Origin: the human T2T-CHM13v2.0 reference genome, Homo sapiens
Assembly: GCF_009914755.1 (NCBI RefSeq)
Contig: NC_060944.1
Strand: one strand, 5' to 3'
DNA length: 64,000 nucleotides
This document shows positions 42,997 to 56,425 of the stretch, in pieces; the first letter of the stretch is position 1, and every line of letters begins with the position of its first letter. The notes below the pieces were generated by a model, which worked only from the letters and a program-made list of their open reading frames with translations, was not told where the DNA came from and did not search any database. The position numbers were made by a program, and so were the translations under genes.

Positions 42997-44871
42997 ATTA
43001 CGTAAACTGAGAAAATGAGTATAACAAGAGTAGTATTGTTTCTCTGAGAAATAAACTAAATGTGTTGGAAAAATGAGAAACTCAAACAGTTGCTGTCAGC
43101 TTAACTGTTGGCAAGACAACTAGAAACAAATGGGAAAAATTGTGTAATCTAGGATTTCAGATTGCCTTACCCCAGTTGTCTTCACAGAAAGTGAACAAGA
43201 AATCAATGACAACATATCATTGGCATAGTTTCCACAAGAAACTCCACTCTGAATCCGTGCAAGGCTTTGACCTTGTCATCGAAATTCTGGCAAATTTATT
43301 TACACATGTCTTTTAAATTAAAGTTAAATTTTAAGGACTTACATCTAATACTTCTTATGATTCCTCCATCTAACTTAAATTTGTGATTAATCTGTTTATT
43401 ACTGGTCCCAATCTGATTGAATAAGGGGGTTTCTACCGTTTTTGCTAACCAAAAGTTTACTTTGATGAAGATGGAATTATAAATACAATAATTCAAGTTT
43501 AAAGAATTAGAATGGTAATGGTTAATACAATTTAGTATGCCTAAAAATCACTTGAAAAGCTTACTAACAATGTAAATTCTTGTGCCTTAGGCCTGAGATT
43601 TTGATTCAATAGGTCTAGCATGGGGCATAGGAATCTGTATTTTTAGGAATGATAAAGGAAAATTGCTTAAAATAGGTTAAATTATGACTTACAAATATAA
43701 AATGAACACTTGTCTAAGATTTTTGTTTAACTCATTTGTTTAATGAGGGAGCCGGTAAGATGTTATACTGAGTTTTATGGAAAATTAAAAGAGCCACACA
43801 TATCTAGGCACTAAGGAACACTGAAATAAATTTGCTTGATAGGTTCAAAACTGACTTCTTGATGGAAGGTGGAAAAAGGAAAATTAATTATACTTCCACC
43901 AAAATCAATCATTTGCCTGTCTATAAACATGAATATTTGCATTACTATCAGTAATCTACAACTAACAGAATTGCAAATAACAAAGAAAACAAAAGGCACA
44001 GAGACTCCATAGAAACAGATAACTCAGGTTATTCTAGACAAGGCTGAGGTTTCCATTAAAGACACTCAGTGGTAATTTCGTTGGTCCATCTTAAAATCTT
44101 TCCATTTTCTCCTGAAACAAATTGCTCAAGCAATTCAAATACAATGAATGTGGTCAGTGGGTCACACCTGGAGAAATCATTTTCTAACCTGTAGTCAAGG
44201 CTGTTGAATTACTCCCTTCACTGGAAAGAATAAAATATTACCACATAAATTCGTATTATGATAATGGTCCACTATGAATGCTTTGGTGTTCTTAATTTTC
44301 TTAAGATTTATTAATATTTCTGAAGTAACTACTAAATGCCAAGCAATATATTTTCTAATTTAATCTTTCATTGACTTTTACTTTCGCTTCAATTGAGCTA
44401 CTCACTTTCATGACTATAAACTTAACTTTTCAATAACTTAAAAATTGATTTCTCATGTTATAAACTTTAATGTTCCACTCTGTGACCTGCTCTTTCAGAC
44501 TCTCTCTTCCTTACTGCCAATTCACCTTCTCTTCTATCTCTTCCAGTGCCTCAGTATCTTGACTTTTCCATTTTCTTTTTTCTTTTCTTTTATTAAGTGG
44601 ATACATGATAATTTCACATGTTGATGGGGTACAATGTGGTATTTTGATACTTGACACATTATTAAAACCTCTCCTCCCTATCTTTCCCAGTCTGGTAACC
44701 ACTCTTCTACTCTCTATTAGATCAGTGTTTTTAGATTTCACATATAAATGAGATCATGTGATATTTGTCTTACCGTGGTTAGCTTATTTCACTTACCACA
44801 ATGTCGTCTATGCTCATTCGTGTTGTCACAAGTGACATGATTTTACCGTTTATTATGGCCAAATGTGCATA

Positions 44872-45164
44872 TGATATAGTTTGGATATTTGTCCTGACCC
44901 ATATCTCATGTTATATTGTAATCCCCACTGTTAGAGATGGGGTCTGGTAGGGGGTGTTTGGGTCATGGAGGTGGATCCCTCATGGTTTGGTGCTATCCTC
45001 ATGATAGTGAACGAGTTCCCAAGCTTCCTGACTAGTCAAGCAGATGTTGGGATTATGCTCCCTGTACAGCCCATGGGACCAGGAGCCAATTACGTCTCTT
45101 TTCTTATAAATTATCCAATCTCAGGTATTTCTTTATTCTTGCAATGCAAGAATGACCAAATACA
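44872..45164 (+). mobile_element. MST solo LTR (internally deleted) with 5-bp TSD GCATA
   Basis: tgatatagtttggatatttgtcc...aataca; gcata at 44867-44871 and 45165-45169. Confidence 0.88.
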
Positions 45165-47404
45165 GCATATATGCCACATTTTCTTTCTCCATTCATTCAT
45201 TGATGGACACTTAGGTTGATTCTAGGCTATTGTGAATAGTGCTGTAATAAACATGAGAGTCCAGAAATCTCTTTGACATACTGATTTAATATTCTTTGAA
45301 TATATACCCAGTAGTGGGATTGCTGGATTATGTGATAAGTCTATTTTTAATGTTTTTGGAAGTTTTATTGTTTTCCATAACAATTGCTCTAATTTACATT
45401 TCCACCAACAGTGTATGAACATTGCCCTTTCTTCACATCCTTGCCAGCATTTGTTATTTTTTGACTTTTTCATAAAAAGCATTCTAAGCAGGGTGAGATG
45501 ATATCTCACTGTGGATTTGACTTCCATTTCTCTGATTATTAGTGATGGTGAGCATTTTTTCATATACCTGTTGGCGATTTTTTTGTCTTATTTGGAGAAA
45601 TGTCTATTCAACTGTCTTGACTATTTTCTAATCCAATTATTTGTATTTTTGCTATTGAGTTGTTTGAGTTTTCTATAAATTTGGGATATTAACCCCTTAT
45701 GAAGTGAATAGTTTGCAGATATTTTCTCCTGTTTTGTAGGTTGTCTCTTCACTGTCATGATTGTTTCCTATGCAGTGCAGAAGTTTTTATTTGGTGTAAT
45801 CTCATTTGTTTATTTTTGCTTTTGTTGTGCCTGTCTTTTGATGTCTTTTCTAAAAAGTCGTTGCCCAGATCAATGACATATAACATTTCACTTATGTTTT
45901 CTTCTACTAGTTTCATAGTTTGGGGTCTTACATTTAAATATTTAATTTATTTTGAGTTGATTTTTGTATATGATGAGAGATAGGGGTCTACTTTCATTCT
46001 TTTGTATGTGGGTATGCACATTTCCCAGCACCATTTGTTGAAAAGACTGTCTTTCCCAATTGAATGTTTGCACCTTTGTCAAAAATAAGTTGCATGTAAA
46101 TATGTGGATTTATGCCTGGGCTCTCTATTTTTGTTCCACTGGTCTACATGCCTGTTTTTATGCCAATACCATGCTGTTTTAGTTAGGGTAGCTTTGTAAT
46201 ATATTTTGAAATTAGATAGTGTAATACCTCTAGCATTGCTCTTTTTGCTTAAGATTTATTTGGCTATTTGGGGTGTTTTGTAGTTTCACATGGATTTTAA
46301 GATATTTTTTAATATCTGTGAAGAATGAAATTGGAAATTTGATAGAGATTATATTGGATTTATAGATTGATTTGAGTAGTATGGTAATTTCAACAATATT
46401 AATTCTTCTAGTCCATGAACATGGGATATCTTTCTATTTATTTTAATTTTTTAAATTGCTTTTATCAATGTTTAATTATTTTCATCTTTCTGTGGCTTAA
46501 TTTACTGGTAGGTATTTTGTTTTTTTAATAGCTATTTTAAGTGGAATTATTTTCTTGATTCCTTTTTCAGATAGTCTGCTATTGGTGTATAGAGATGTTA
46601 CTGATTTTTTTTTGTAGCTTTTGTATCCTGAAACCTTATTGTATTCATTTACTATTTCTGATTCTCAGTGGTGTATTTAGGGTTTTTTACATATATGATC
46701 ATGTCATCTACAAAGAGGGACAATTTGACTTTTTTTCCATTTGCATGCCTTTTATTTCTTTCTGTTACCTAATTGTTATGACTAGGACTTCCAGTACTAT
46801 GTTGAAAAAAGTGATTAAAGTGAACATCCTTGTCTTGTTCCAGATCCTAGAGGCAAAGCTTTCAAGTTTTCACCATTCAGTATAATGTTGCCTGTGGGTT
46901 ATCACATATGGTCTTTATTTTATTATGTTCTTTTATAACTAATTTGTTAAAAGGTTTGATCATAAAAGGATGTCTAATTTTGTCAAATGCTTTTTCTGCA
47001 TCTATTGAAATGATTATATGTTTTTTATCCTTCTTTGTTTAATGTGATGTATCACATTTTATTGATTTACATGTATTAGACTATCCTTACCTCCCCGGGT
47101 AAATACCACTTGATTATGGTGAATAATCTTTTTAATGTGCTTTTGAATTATCATTGCTAGATCTGCTGGTTTTGAATGTTTCCATCTATGTTTATCAATG
47201 ATATTGGCCTGGAGTTTTCTTTTATTTGCTGTTCTTGTCTCATTTTGGAATCAGGAAATGCTGTCTTCATAGAATGACTTTGGAAGAGTTCCCTCCTTTT
47301 CATTTTTTTGAAATAGTTTGTAAATAATTTGTATAAATTTTTTAAATGTTTTGTAGAATTTGTCAGCAAAAACCACCAAGTCGTGAACTTTTCTTTCTTC
47401 CTCT

Positions 47405-47680
47405 ATTTTTTTAGAGACAGAGTCTCACTCTATCACTGAGGCTGGCATACAGTGGTGCAGTCATAGCTGACTGCAGCCTCAAACTCCTGGTCTTAAGTGA
47501 TCCTCCTGCCTCAGTCTCCTGAGTACAAGTACACACCACTATACCTGGGGAATTTTTATTTGTATTTTTAGAGACGGAGTCTCGTTGTGTTGCCCAGGCT
47601 AATCTTGAACTCCTGGCCTCTAGTGATTCTCCTGCCTTGGGCTCCTAAACTGTGAGATTACAGATGTGAGCTACTGTGTG
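47405..47680 (-). mobile_element. AluJ element
   Basis: Diverged dimeric Alu. Confidence 0.85.
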
Positions 47681-50600
47681 AAGTCTTTTGGATTTTCCTT
47701 GAATGAGAGCCTAAATCGCTCCTTCCATCTCATTATTTGTCATTGGTGTGTTCACATTTTCTACTTCTTTCTTCAATTTTGATGGGTTATATGTGTCCAG
47801 AGCATACGTATTTCTTCTAAGCTTTTCAATTTATTGGCGTATAATTGTTTGTAGTACTTACTCACTATTCCTTATATTTCTCTAGAGTCTATCATAGTAT
47901 ATCCTTTTTCATCTCTGATTTTATGTGAATTTTCTCTTTTTTTCTTAGTCTGACAAAACATTTGTCAATTTTACGTTTTCAAAAAAGATTCCTTCATTTA
48001 ATTAGTCGTTTGTATTTTTTGTCTTTATTTTGTATATTTGTGCTCTCATCTTTATATTCTTTTGCTAATTTGGGTCTTAGTTTGTTCTTGATTTTATAGT
48101 TCCTTGAAATACATTGTTAGATGTTTTATTCATTATCTTTCTTCTTTATTGATGTCAAAATGTATTGCTATAAACTTCCCTCTAAGAACTGTTTTGCTGT
48201 ATTTCATAAGTTTTCATATGTTCTGATTTCATTTTTATTTGTCTTAAGACGTTTTAAAATTAAATTTTTTTTCATTGACCCATTGGTTGTTTAGGGATAT
48301 GTTGCTTAATTTGTATGTATTTGCACAATTTCTGAAGTTCCTCCTGTTGTTTATGTCTAGCTTTATTCCATATGGTCAAAAAAAACACATGATATGGTTT
48401 GATTTTTTGATTAGTTAAGACTTGTTTTGTGCTCTAACATATCTATCATGGACAATATTCCATATGCAGGTGAAAAGACACTGAATTATGCAATTGTTGG
48501 ATGAAATGTTATGTAAATAACTGTTAAGTTCTTTTGATCTAGAGTGCAGTTTAAATGTTTCTTTGTTGAGATTCTCTCTCAATGATCTGTTCATTGCTGA
48601 AAATGGGATATCGAGGTTTCTTACTATTATTGTACAGTTTTTTGTCTCTCCTTTTAGATCTATTAATGTTTGCTTTATATATTTAGGTTCTCCAATGTTG
48701 AGTGCATTATATATTTACAATTATTGTATTCTCTTGTTCTACTGACCCCTTTATTATTACATAATGGCCTTGTTTGTCTGTCTTTACAGTTTTTTTACTT
48801 GAAGTCTATTTTATTTGATATAAATATAACTACTTCTGCATTCTTTTGATTTCCATTGTCATAAAATATATTTTTCCATCTGATCACTTTCAATTTATGT
48901 GTGTATTTACAGGTGATGGGAGTCTCTTGTAGAAAGAATATAGTTAGGTCTTGTTTTTAATCCATTTACCCATTATCTGTCTTCTTACTGGATAATTTAA
49001 TCTATGTACATTCAAGGTAATTATTGATAGATAAGGACCTGTACTGCCATATACTGTTTTCTTGGTGTCTTTTAGAATTTTTGTACCTTTTTGTCCCTTT
49101 GTTGTCTTCCTTTGTAGTTAAGTGATTTTCTCTGTGTGTTTTTGTTTCTTGTTCTTTTATTTTTAGTGTATCTAATAAAAATGTTTGCCTTTTGGTTACT
49201 ATGAGGCATGCGAAGAATATTTTATAGTTTCAGTAGGTAATTTTGAATGGATAACAACTTAATTTTGATAATAAGAAATGGGGAAAAGCAATCACTCTGC
49301 TCTTTAACTCAATCAATCCCCCACATTTTGCATTTTTGATGTCTTAATTTACATCTTTTGTATTACTTATCTCTTAACAAATTATTGTAGTTGTTATTAT
49401 TTTTGTTTTGTATTTTAACCTTCTTACTAAAAACATGTAAGTGGTTTACATTCAATTATTAGTATATTAGAGCATCCTGAATTTGTCTGAATATTTATTT
49501 TTACCTGCAGATTTATACCTTCCAATTTTTTGTATTACATATTAGTGCCCTTTTCTTTCAGTTTGAAGACTGTTCTTTAACAATTCTTTTAAGGCAGGTA
49601 TGGTTACAATGAATTCCTTCATCTTTTGTTTGTCTTAGAATGTTTTAACCTCTCCTTCATTTCTAAATGGGAGCTGTGCTGGAAAGTATATTCATGGATG
49701 ACAGTTTTTTTCTTCAGCACTTTATTCTATTATCCTACTCTCTGCTGGCCCATATTGTTTCTGCTGAGAAGTCTGCTGCCAGGCACATTGGAATTCTCTT
49801 ATGTGTTATATGCTTCCTTTTTCTTAGTGCTTTCAGGACCTACTCTTTGTTTTTGATGTTTGAAAGTTTAATTATAATGTCTTGTGGTTGTCTTATTCAG
49901 ATTAAATCAGATTAGTGTGCTTTGGCCATCCTAAACATCTTAATCCTTCTCCAAGTTTAAAAAGTTGTCTGTTATTTCTCTGAATAAGCTTTTAACTCTT
50001 TTTCATTCTTAGTTCCACTTTAACATTGTAGATTTGTTTTTTTGATGGTGTCCCATGGATCTCATAAGTTTTCTTTGTTTCTTCTCATTTTTTTCTCTTT
50101 TCTACTCTGACAGTGTATTTTCAAAGAGCCTGTCTTTGAGCTCACTGCTTTTTTTCTTCTACTTGATCAGTTCTGCTCTTGATGCCCTGTAGTGCATTTT
50201 TCAGTTTGTTTACTGAACTTTCCACCTCCAGGATTTCCTTTTGATTTTTTCCCATTATTTTAAATTCTTTGTTGAATTTCTCATAAATTTCCGTATTGTT
50301 TCTCTGTACTTTGTTGAAGTGCACAGATTTTTTTTTTTTTTTAAAAAACAGCTATTTGAATTTTTTTGTCTGCCACATCATTCATTTGCATGTCTTTAGG
50401 TTCAGTTGCTGACACCTTGTTTTCTCCATTTGGTGAGGCAGTTTTTCCTAGGCTATTCTTATTTTTTGTAGATGTACATCTCTGTCTACACATTGATGAA
50501 TTAAATATTTATTTCAATCTTCTCAGTCTGAGTTTGTTTTTGACTGTTTTTCAGTGGGCTTGTTTAGAAATTCTGTGTGGATTTCCATTATATTCCATTT

Positions 50601-51884
50601 TAGCATTAGGAGGTGCCCAAAGCAAAGGTTAGACATAAGTCTTGCAATGGGGCTTCACCACTGATGCAATGTAACTGGATGGGCCCATGGGTGATCCGCA
50701 GAAAGGCTGCTGTCTGTAGGGGGAGAACAAGTCAGGCCATCAAATCTGGACAGTCTGTGTATCATGTTTCCCACATCGTGGTACCCATAAACAACCTGTC
50801 TGGTATAATGTTTCCTCTGGTAGAAATGACTAGCCACTGCTAAGTTTCATATAGAAAGCATTGCTAACCCAATCCCTTCTCTATGTCCCTAGCACACCTC
50901 TGGGTGGTTCAGCTCTGTTGACACTCATGGTGCTGCTTGTGGGCTGATGCTGGAGTGAGTCTACTGTGAAGGCACTCCGTATGGTGGAAAAAATATTCAA
51001 CTTCTGCTCACTTTATTCAGTGTAAGAATTGTGAGTTCAGGAGAACTTTCTGCATATAATACCATTATGTCCGGGGGGAGGAGTATCACAATCACAGAGT
51101 ACTGTTTCCCTTACTGTCCAAGCATGGTTTTACTCCTCTTTGCAGTCCAAAGGGGCTTCATAGACTCACTCATGTATTCAGGGTTCATTAGCTCTTGTAA
51201 AGTTAATTTCATATGTGGATAGTTGTTCATATAGATGTGTCCATAGGGGTATGATTACTGGAGAGATCTACTCCACTACCTTGCTCTGCCCAAACCCTTC
51301 CCCTTTCCAACAAGAGTTTGTCACCTCCTAGTTTTCTTTTTTCTTAACCAAACTAAGTTTAGCCTTTTAATCCTTCACCCTCCTCCACTTATAATGTCAT
51401 TGCTTCTTTGTATGCTTATTGTATTTTCCATGCTATATGACTTTCAGCTGGTTATTTACAGTATATAAGTTTTAATATCCTGTAAAAGGGGAATAATAAT
51501 AGCATCCATTTGATAAGGATGTTAAAGATACTAAATGATGCTGTCCATGTTTAATAACTTTTTGAGATATATTGAGATGTTTCTGTACTTCCTTGTTCTG
51601 GCCTTCTTGTTGAACCAGAGGAATGTATTGTCATGAAAAGCAATAAAACTGTGATAATAGAAATTAAAAGTGAGTAGGAACTTATTTAAAAATAATCATT
51701 CTCCTTTTCAATGCAAAAATAAGAACTAGAAACTTTTAATAAGGCAATAGTCCAAAGAAATAACTTATGGAAGATAACATGGGTTTTTTAATCTTAAAGC
51801 GTTCTTTTGTATATTCAAGGGTCGATATTGGCTGCCTTGAATCCTACTAAAATTTCAATGTAAGTTTTAGAGACGGAGGAAAGA

Positions 51885-52250
51885 GTCAAAGAAAAAAATG
51901 TACTGGAAAAAGTTAAATAAGTAAGGAAGATATTATTCAAGCTATTGCAATACGGGAGAGAGGCCAGACCTAGTCTGAACTCAGCTCCCCTGATACAAAG
52001 GGCCGTGGAGTTTTTGAAAGTGAGGGTAAGAGGGCGATCATAGGCCACCTGTCTTTGCTAACTGTCTTTTCTCAAAGGAAAAATAAACTTTCTTTTATCT
52101 TTATGATATAAGGTAATTTTTACAACTTGGAGCAAGATTAGGCTCTTACTCTCTCCTGGAGACTGGGAAATAAGGTATTATCCTTCTGGAGGATTACATT
52201 TGAAAGGGATGGCTACCAGATCCTTGAAAAAGGAAATTTTCTGCTTACAA
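51885..52250 (-). mobile_element. ERV1 LTR remnant (MER31-like)
   Basis: aagttaaataagtaaggaagatattattcaagctattgcaatacgggagagagg...tctgaactcagctcc; tttacaacttggagcaag. Confidence 0.55.
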
Positions 52251-52518
52251 GTTACACATGCCACTTCTACCTGCATTTCACTGGCCAAACAGGTCACATG
52301 TCTTAATCTGACCCTTCCTTCAATAGGACAGAAATGTATAATCTTCTAGGAAATAGGGCCACTGCAGTAGGAAGACCAGATAATGGGAGAATGGTAATAT
52401 AATCTACCACAATGACCACAGTGAAAACATTAGTAATCCTCAGGATTAAACCAAGTCTTCTTGGACATTTAGGTTGATTCTAGGCTATTGTCAATAGTGG
52501 AATAACAAAAAATAAAGA

Positions 52519-53416
52519 GAATAGCCCATTTATTTTTTTCAGAGAAGCTAGACAATTCACAGGAACTCATGGCCTAGACAATTTTATTTCTTGATCAACA
52601 CAACTCTTTATAGATGCCTGTGGTCCAAAAATGCGGATTCCTAATCGTCCCCCAAAAGAAGGGATCCTCTGCAAGGCAACCTGGGAGGAAGTTTAGGACT
52701 GTTCTGAGGCAGTGAAACCCATTGAGATTCACATGTAAGAGAGTAGAGAAAGGGAATCCACATGTTTTGATCCCTCCATGTGCTGGATATAAGTTGGTCT
52801 TCATTACATTGCACCACTTTGGTGTCAGAGAGAACTGGATTTGAATCCCAGTTCCATCACTCATTGTGATTTGATGGTGAATGCGTTTTTAACTCGTCTG
52901 CGCCTCAGTTTGCTCATCTATAAAAGATGGGATTGTTATGAGACTTGCATAAGGTAAGTGTTTAAAAATCTGGGAATAATCACTGTAATTTAAAAGACGG
53001 GGTTGTGATGAGGCTTCAATAAGGTAAGTGTGTAAAAATCTGGACACAATGTTACTAATTTTGTAGGTTTTCAATATATAGAGAAGGAGGATTATTTTTC
53101 TCTCATTTAATTTTTAGAACAAGTTTATAAAATTGGTATTATTCATATTTTTGAGATAATCAAAGGATCAGTAGGTTTAAATAAATCACCATAGTCACAA
53201 AGCAGTTCACAATATATTAACTGGATAATTGCTAGTGAAAAGTAGCAATGATGATCACATTGAAAATCTTGTGTTAGGTGGTGGTTTTCTCTTGCATAAG
53301 CCTCTTCATTTGTTGAAACCATAGATTCTAAGTTTGCTCTATCAAAGTGATCATTAGAAAAATATAATATACTTAGTGTATAAATTTTAGAAAATTTCCT
53401 TTTTAGTCCTGTTAAT
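52519..53416 (+). repeat. Local direct duplication, copy A (contains a MIR remnant)
   Basis: Colinear with 55077-56425, e.g. attttatttcttgatcaacacaactctttatagatgc and taaataaatcaccatagtcacaaagca in both. Confidence 0.93.
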
Positions 53417-53689
53417 TTTATTGAATATGTGCATTTTGAATTATGAATATAAATATGAATATGTATGACATATGAAATATGACTTGACATCACAGAGTAA
53501 ACTTAGATCGTGGCAATGTTTTTTTCTGAAAGCACCTGCAGAAATGTATCTTCTTTCTAGTTTCCAAAAAACTCAGAGGCCATGGGGGAAGAGGGGACTA
53601 TGGCTGTCAGATAGTGCATGAGGTACATTAGGATACAGTAATTTCATCATAATTCATATTCATAATTCACAGTGAGGAAACCTGAAAGT

Positions 53690-54360
53690 TGCTACCAGCT
53701 ACCAATAAATGAAAGGTGGGGCGGGGTCTCTGGGGGGCACGGCTTTGTGAGCCAGTGCCTGGACTCCCACGTGACAAATGGAAGGGCAGCGCGTGGAGGG
53801 AACTCAAGGCCTGATTGGTTCTTCCTAAGCAGGACACGATCTCGTTGGCAGGGCAACCGGCCTTTAGTTGGTGGCCTTCAGTGGGTGGCTTAAGTTGGTG
53901 GCATTTGGTTGCCTTTCCTGGGGAGAGGCGGCAGGTGCTCAGCTCTGCAGACGTGGGGGCAAGAGAAGGCCCAAGCTGCCTCGAGAAGAGCAGAGGTGCC
54001 CCATGGGGACCATGATGACCGGTCGCATGTGCACCAAAGCCAGCCCCCGGCAGGGCCAGCGCAGGGGTTCTGCGGGGCCGTCCTGTGGCTCTGATATCTA
54101 TGAGTGGGTGGCCAGCAAAGGCACAGGCACCAGCAGAAAGGAGCAGAGATGTCCAGAACATGCTGTCCCCCAATGCTAGCCCCAAGCGAGGCCAGCTTAG
54201 GGTGCGGTGGGCAGAGCCATCCTGCAGCTCTGAGATCCACGAAGTGGAGGTGGGAGTAGCGCCAGGCTCCACGGCGTTGGAGCTCTCACAACTTGAGCTC
54301 AATTTTATTCCGGAGCCATGACCTGCAGCACATTGGTGACCAGAAGACGCCCAAAGGTAG
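53690..54360 (+). promoter_or_regulatory. Decayed CpG-island-like promoter and putative first exon of an unidentified gene
   Basis: CCAAT 53702, GC box 53718-53726, E-box CACGTGAC 53768-53775, reverse CCAAT 53814-53818, X-box GTTGGCAGGGCAAC 53844-53857, donor AAG|GTAGGG at 54356. Confidence 0.55.
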
Positions 54361-54819
54361 GGAGGCGACAGATACCTCTTGGCTTCAGGAGCTCCTCTGG
54401 CTGTTGCTGAACCAAGTTTCCCCCAGAGACATCCACAGCCTGGGGCTCCTCCCTTCTTCACCTATTTCCTTTCCTAGGCCCAGGCCCCAAGCATGAGGAC
54501 TGGCTCTGCCTGGCGTCTTCATCACTTCGTCTTTCCCTGTTTCATCCATCCGGTTTCTTTTCCCCTCCCTACCCATATGCCCAGTTCTGGGCCCTCTTCT
54601 TCTTCCTAGAGGCTTGCCAAAAACTAAGTTTTTAAAGTACAAAATGGATGCTACAGATTTCGTTGCTGTAGAAGAAGTGTCTGACAGCTCTTGTATTTAA
54701 ACTTAAGTAGCTACACTGGGACTCACAGTTTCACATCTTGAGTTCTAGACCAGAGCTCTCTACCCTAAAGCAACGGCAAGGGGTTAGAGGTACTCTTCTT
54801 GATTCTAATAATAAAAAAT

Positions 54820-54950
54820 GATTTTTTTTTTGTAGGGACAAGGTCTCACTGTGTTGCCCAAGCTGGTCTTAAACCCCTGGCCTCAAGTGATTCACCAACC
54901 TTGGCCTCCCACACTGCTGGGATGACAGGCAAGAGCCACCACACCTGGTC
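54820..54950 (-). mobile_element. Alu left monomer (FLAM)
   Basis: ggtctcactgtgttgcccaagctggtc...ttggcctcccacactgctggga. Confidence 0.85.
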
Positions 54951-55076
54951 ATTGGAGGTGCTCTTGCTTTGTGTGTTTCGGCTGGTCTTCAGGCGCAGCT
55001 GTCAGTAAGATGCTCCTGCAGTATAGTTCTAAGTCTCTCTGCACAGATTCAGTGGATCCTGTGATTTTTTTACATG

Positions 55077-56425
55077 GAATAGCCCCTTTATTTTTTGCAG
55101 AGAAGGTAGACAATTCACAGTAACCTATGGCCTAGAAAATTTTATTTCTTGATCAACACAACTCTTTATAGATGCTTGTGGTCCAAAAATGCAGATTCCT
55201 AATCATCCCCACGAATAAGCGGGCCATTGCAAGCAACCTGGGAGGGAGTTTAGGATTGCTCTGAGGCAGTGAAAGCTATTGAAATTCCCACATGAGGGGG
55301 CAGAAAAGGGAATCCACATGTTTTGATCCCTCCATGTTCTGGGTGTAACTTGGTTCCCGTTAAATTGCACAATTTTTGGCATCAGAGAGAACCAGATTTG
55401 AATCCCAGTTGCATCCCTTGTTATGATTTGATGGTGAATGTGTTTTTAACTCGTCTGAGCCTCAGTTTGCTGATCTATAAAAGATGTGATTGTTACGAGG
55501 CTTCCATAAAGTACATGTAAAAATCATGGCAAAATGCTTGTAATTTAAAAGAGAGGGCTGTTAGGAGACTTCTATCAGGTAAGTATGTAAAAACCTGGAC
55601 ACAATGCCTATAATTTTGTAAGTGTTCAATATATGGAGAAGGAGGATTATTTTTCTTTCATTTAATTTTTAGAGCAACTTTATAAAATTGGTGATACTCA
55701 TATATTTGAGATAATCAAACCAAGGATCAGAAAGACTAAATAAATCACCATAGTCACAAAGCAATTCACAATACATTTACTGGATAATTTCTAGTTAAAA
55801 GTAGCAATGATGATCACCTTGAAAATCCTGTATTATCTGGAGGTTTTCTTTTACATAAGCTTCTTGGAATTTAGTAAGATAAGTTGCAGCTCAAACAGCA
55901 GATCCGTAGAATATTTTGTTCCAGAGATTGTAGTGGGGGCCAAAGCATTGTATGAGTTTTGTTGGGAACAAGGTGTGGGCTGAGAATCTAAGCAAACTTC
56001 ATTTGGTGGTTTTCAGTTGGTGGGCAGTGACAGAAGGAGGAGGAGCTCCATCTGTACTCTCTTTTCCCCCAGTCACAGCCCTCAGGCTTGTTGCATCCAG
56101 GCCCTTCTAAGTTAAACCAGACAGGTTGACAGGTTTATTTAGCATTTAGCAGACAAGTCAGCTCAGGGTAGGCGGGTGAGTTGGGGTGTGGGCTGCTAGT
56201 ACAGTGCCGCCCTTTGACCCAGGGCTGCCCGTGCCCATGGGGCTATTCCATATATCATATATTTTATATATATATATATATAATATTTTCATATATATGT
56301 ATATAAGCCTGTTGGTTTGTTAAAACCATGGATTCTAAGTTGCTCTATCAACGTGATCATTAGAAAAATGTGATGTACTTAGTGTGTACCTATTTTAGAA
56401 CATTTCTTCTGTTAGTCTTGTTAAT
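55077..56425 (+). repeat. Local direct duplication, copy B (with an extra 448 bp at 55861-56308)
   Basis: Colinear with copy A up to ATAAGC (55860); alignment resumes after ATAAGC (56308). Confidence 0.92.

Larger units (their letters stand above)
44575..50620 (-). mobile_element. Long (~6 kb) L1MA element, decayed, interrupted by an MST LTR and an AluJ; 5' boundary approximate
   Basis: L1MA-type 3' end (gatggggtacaatgtggtattttgatac), ORF2-like ORFs 45222..45563 and 47157..47369, ORF1-like 50142..50324. Confidence 0.88.

Noticed and set aside
42472-43440. Possible old Tigger remnant split by the AluY
   Set aside because: Too diverged to support by eye; needs RepeatMasker.
53667-54461. 264-aa minus-strand ORF
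   Set aside because: Expected in GC-rich sequence; no recognisable domain, and the promoter and splice signals point to the + strand.
56250-56305. (TA)n-rich run
   Set aside because: Ordinary short AT microsatellite.
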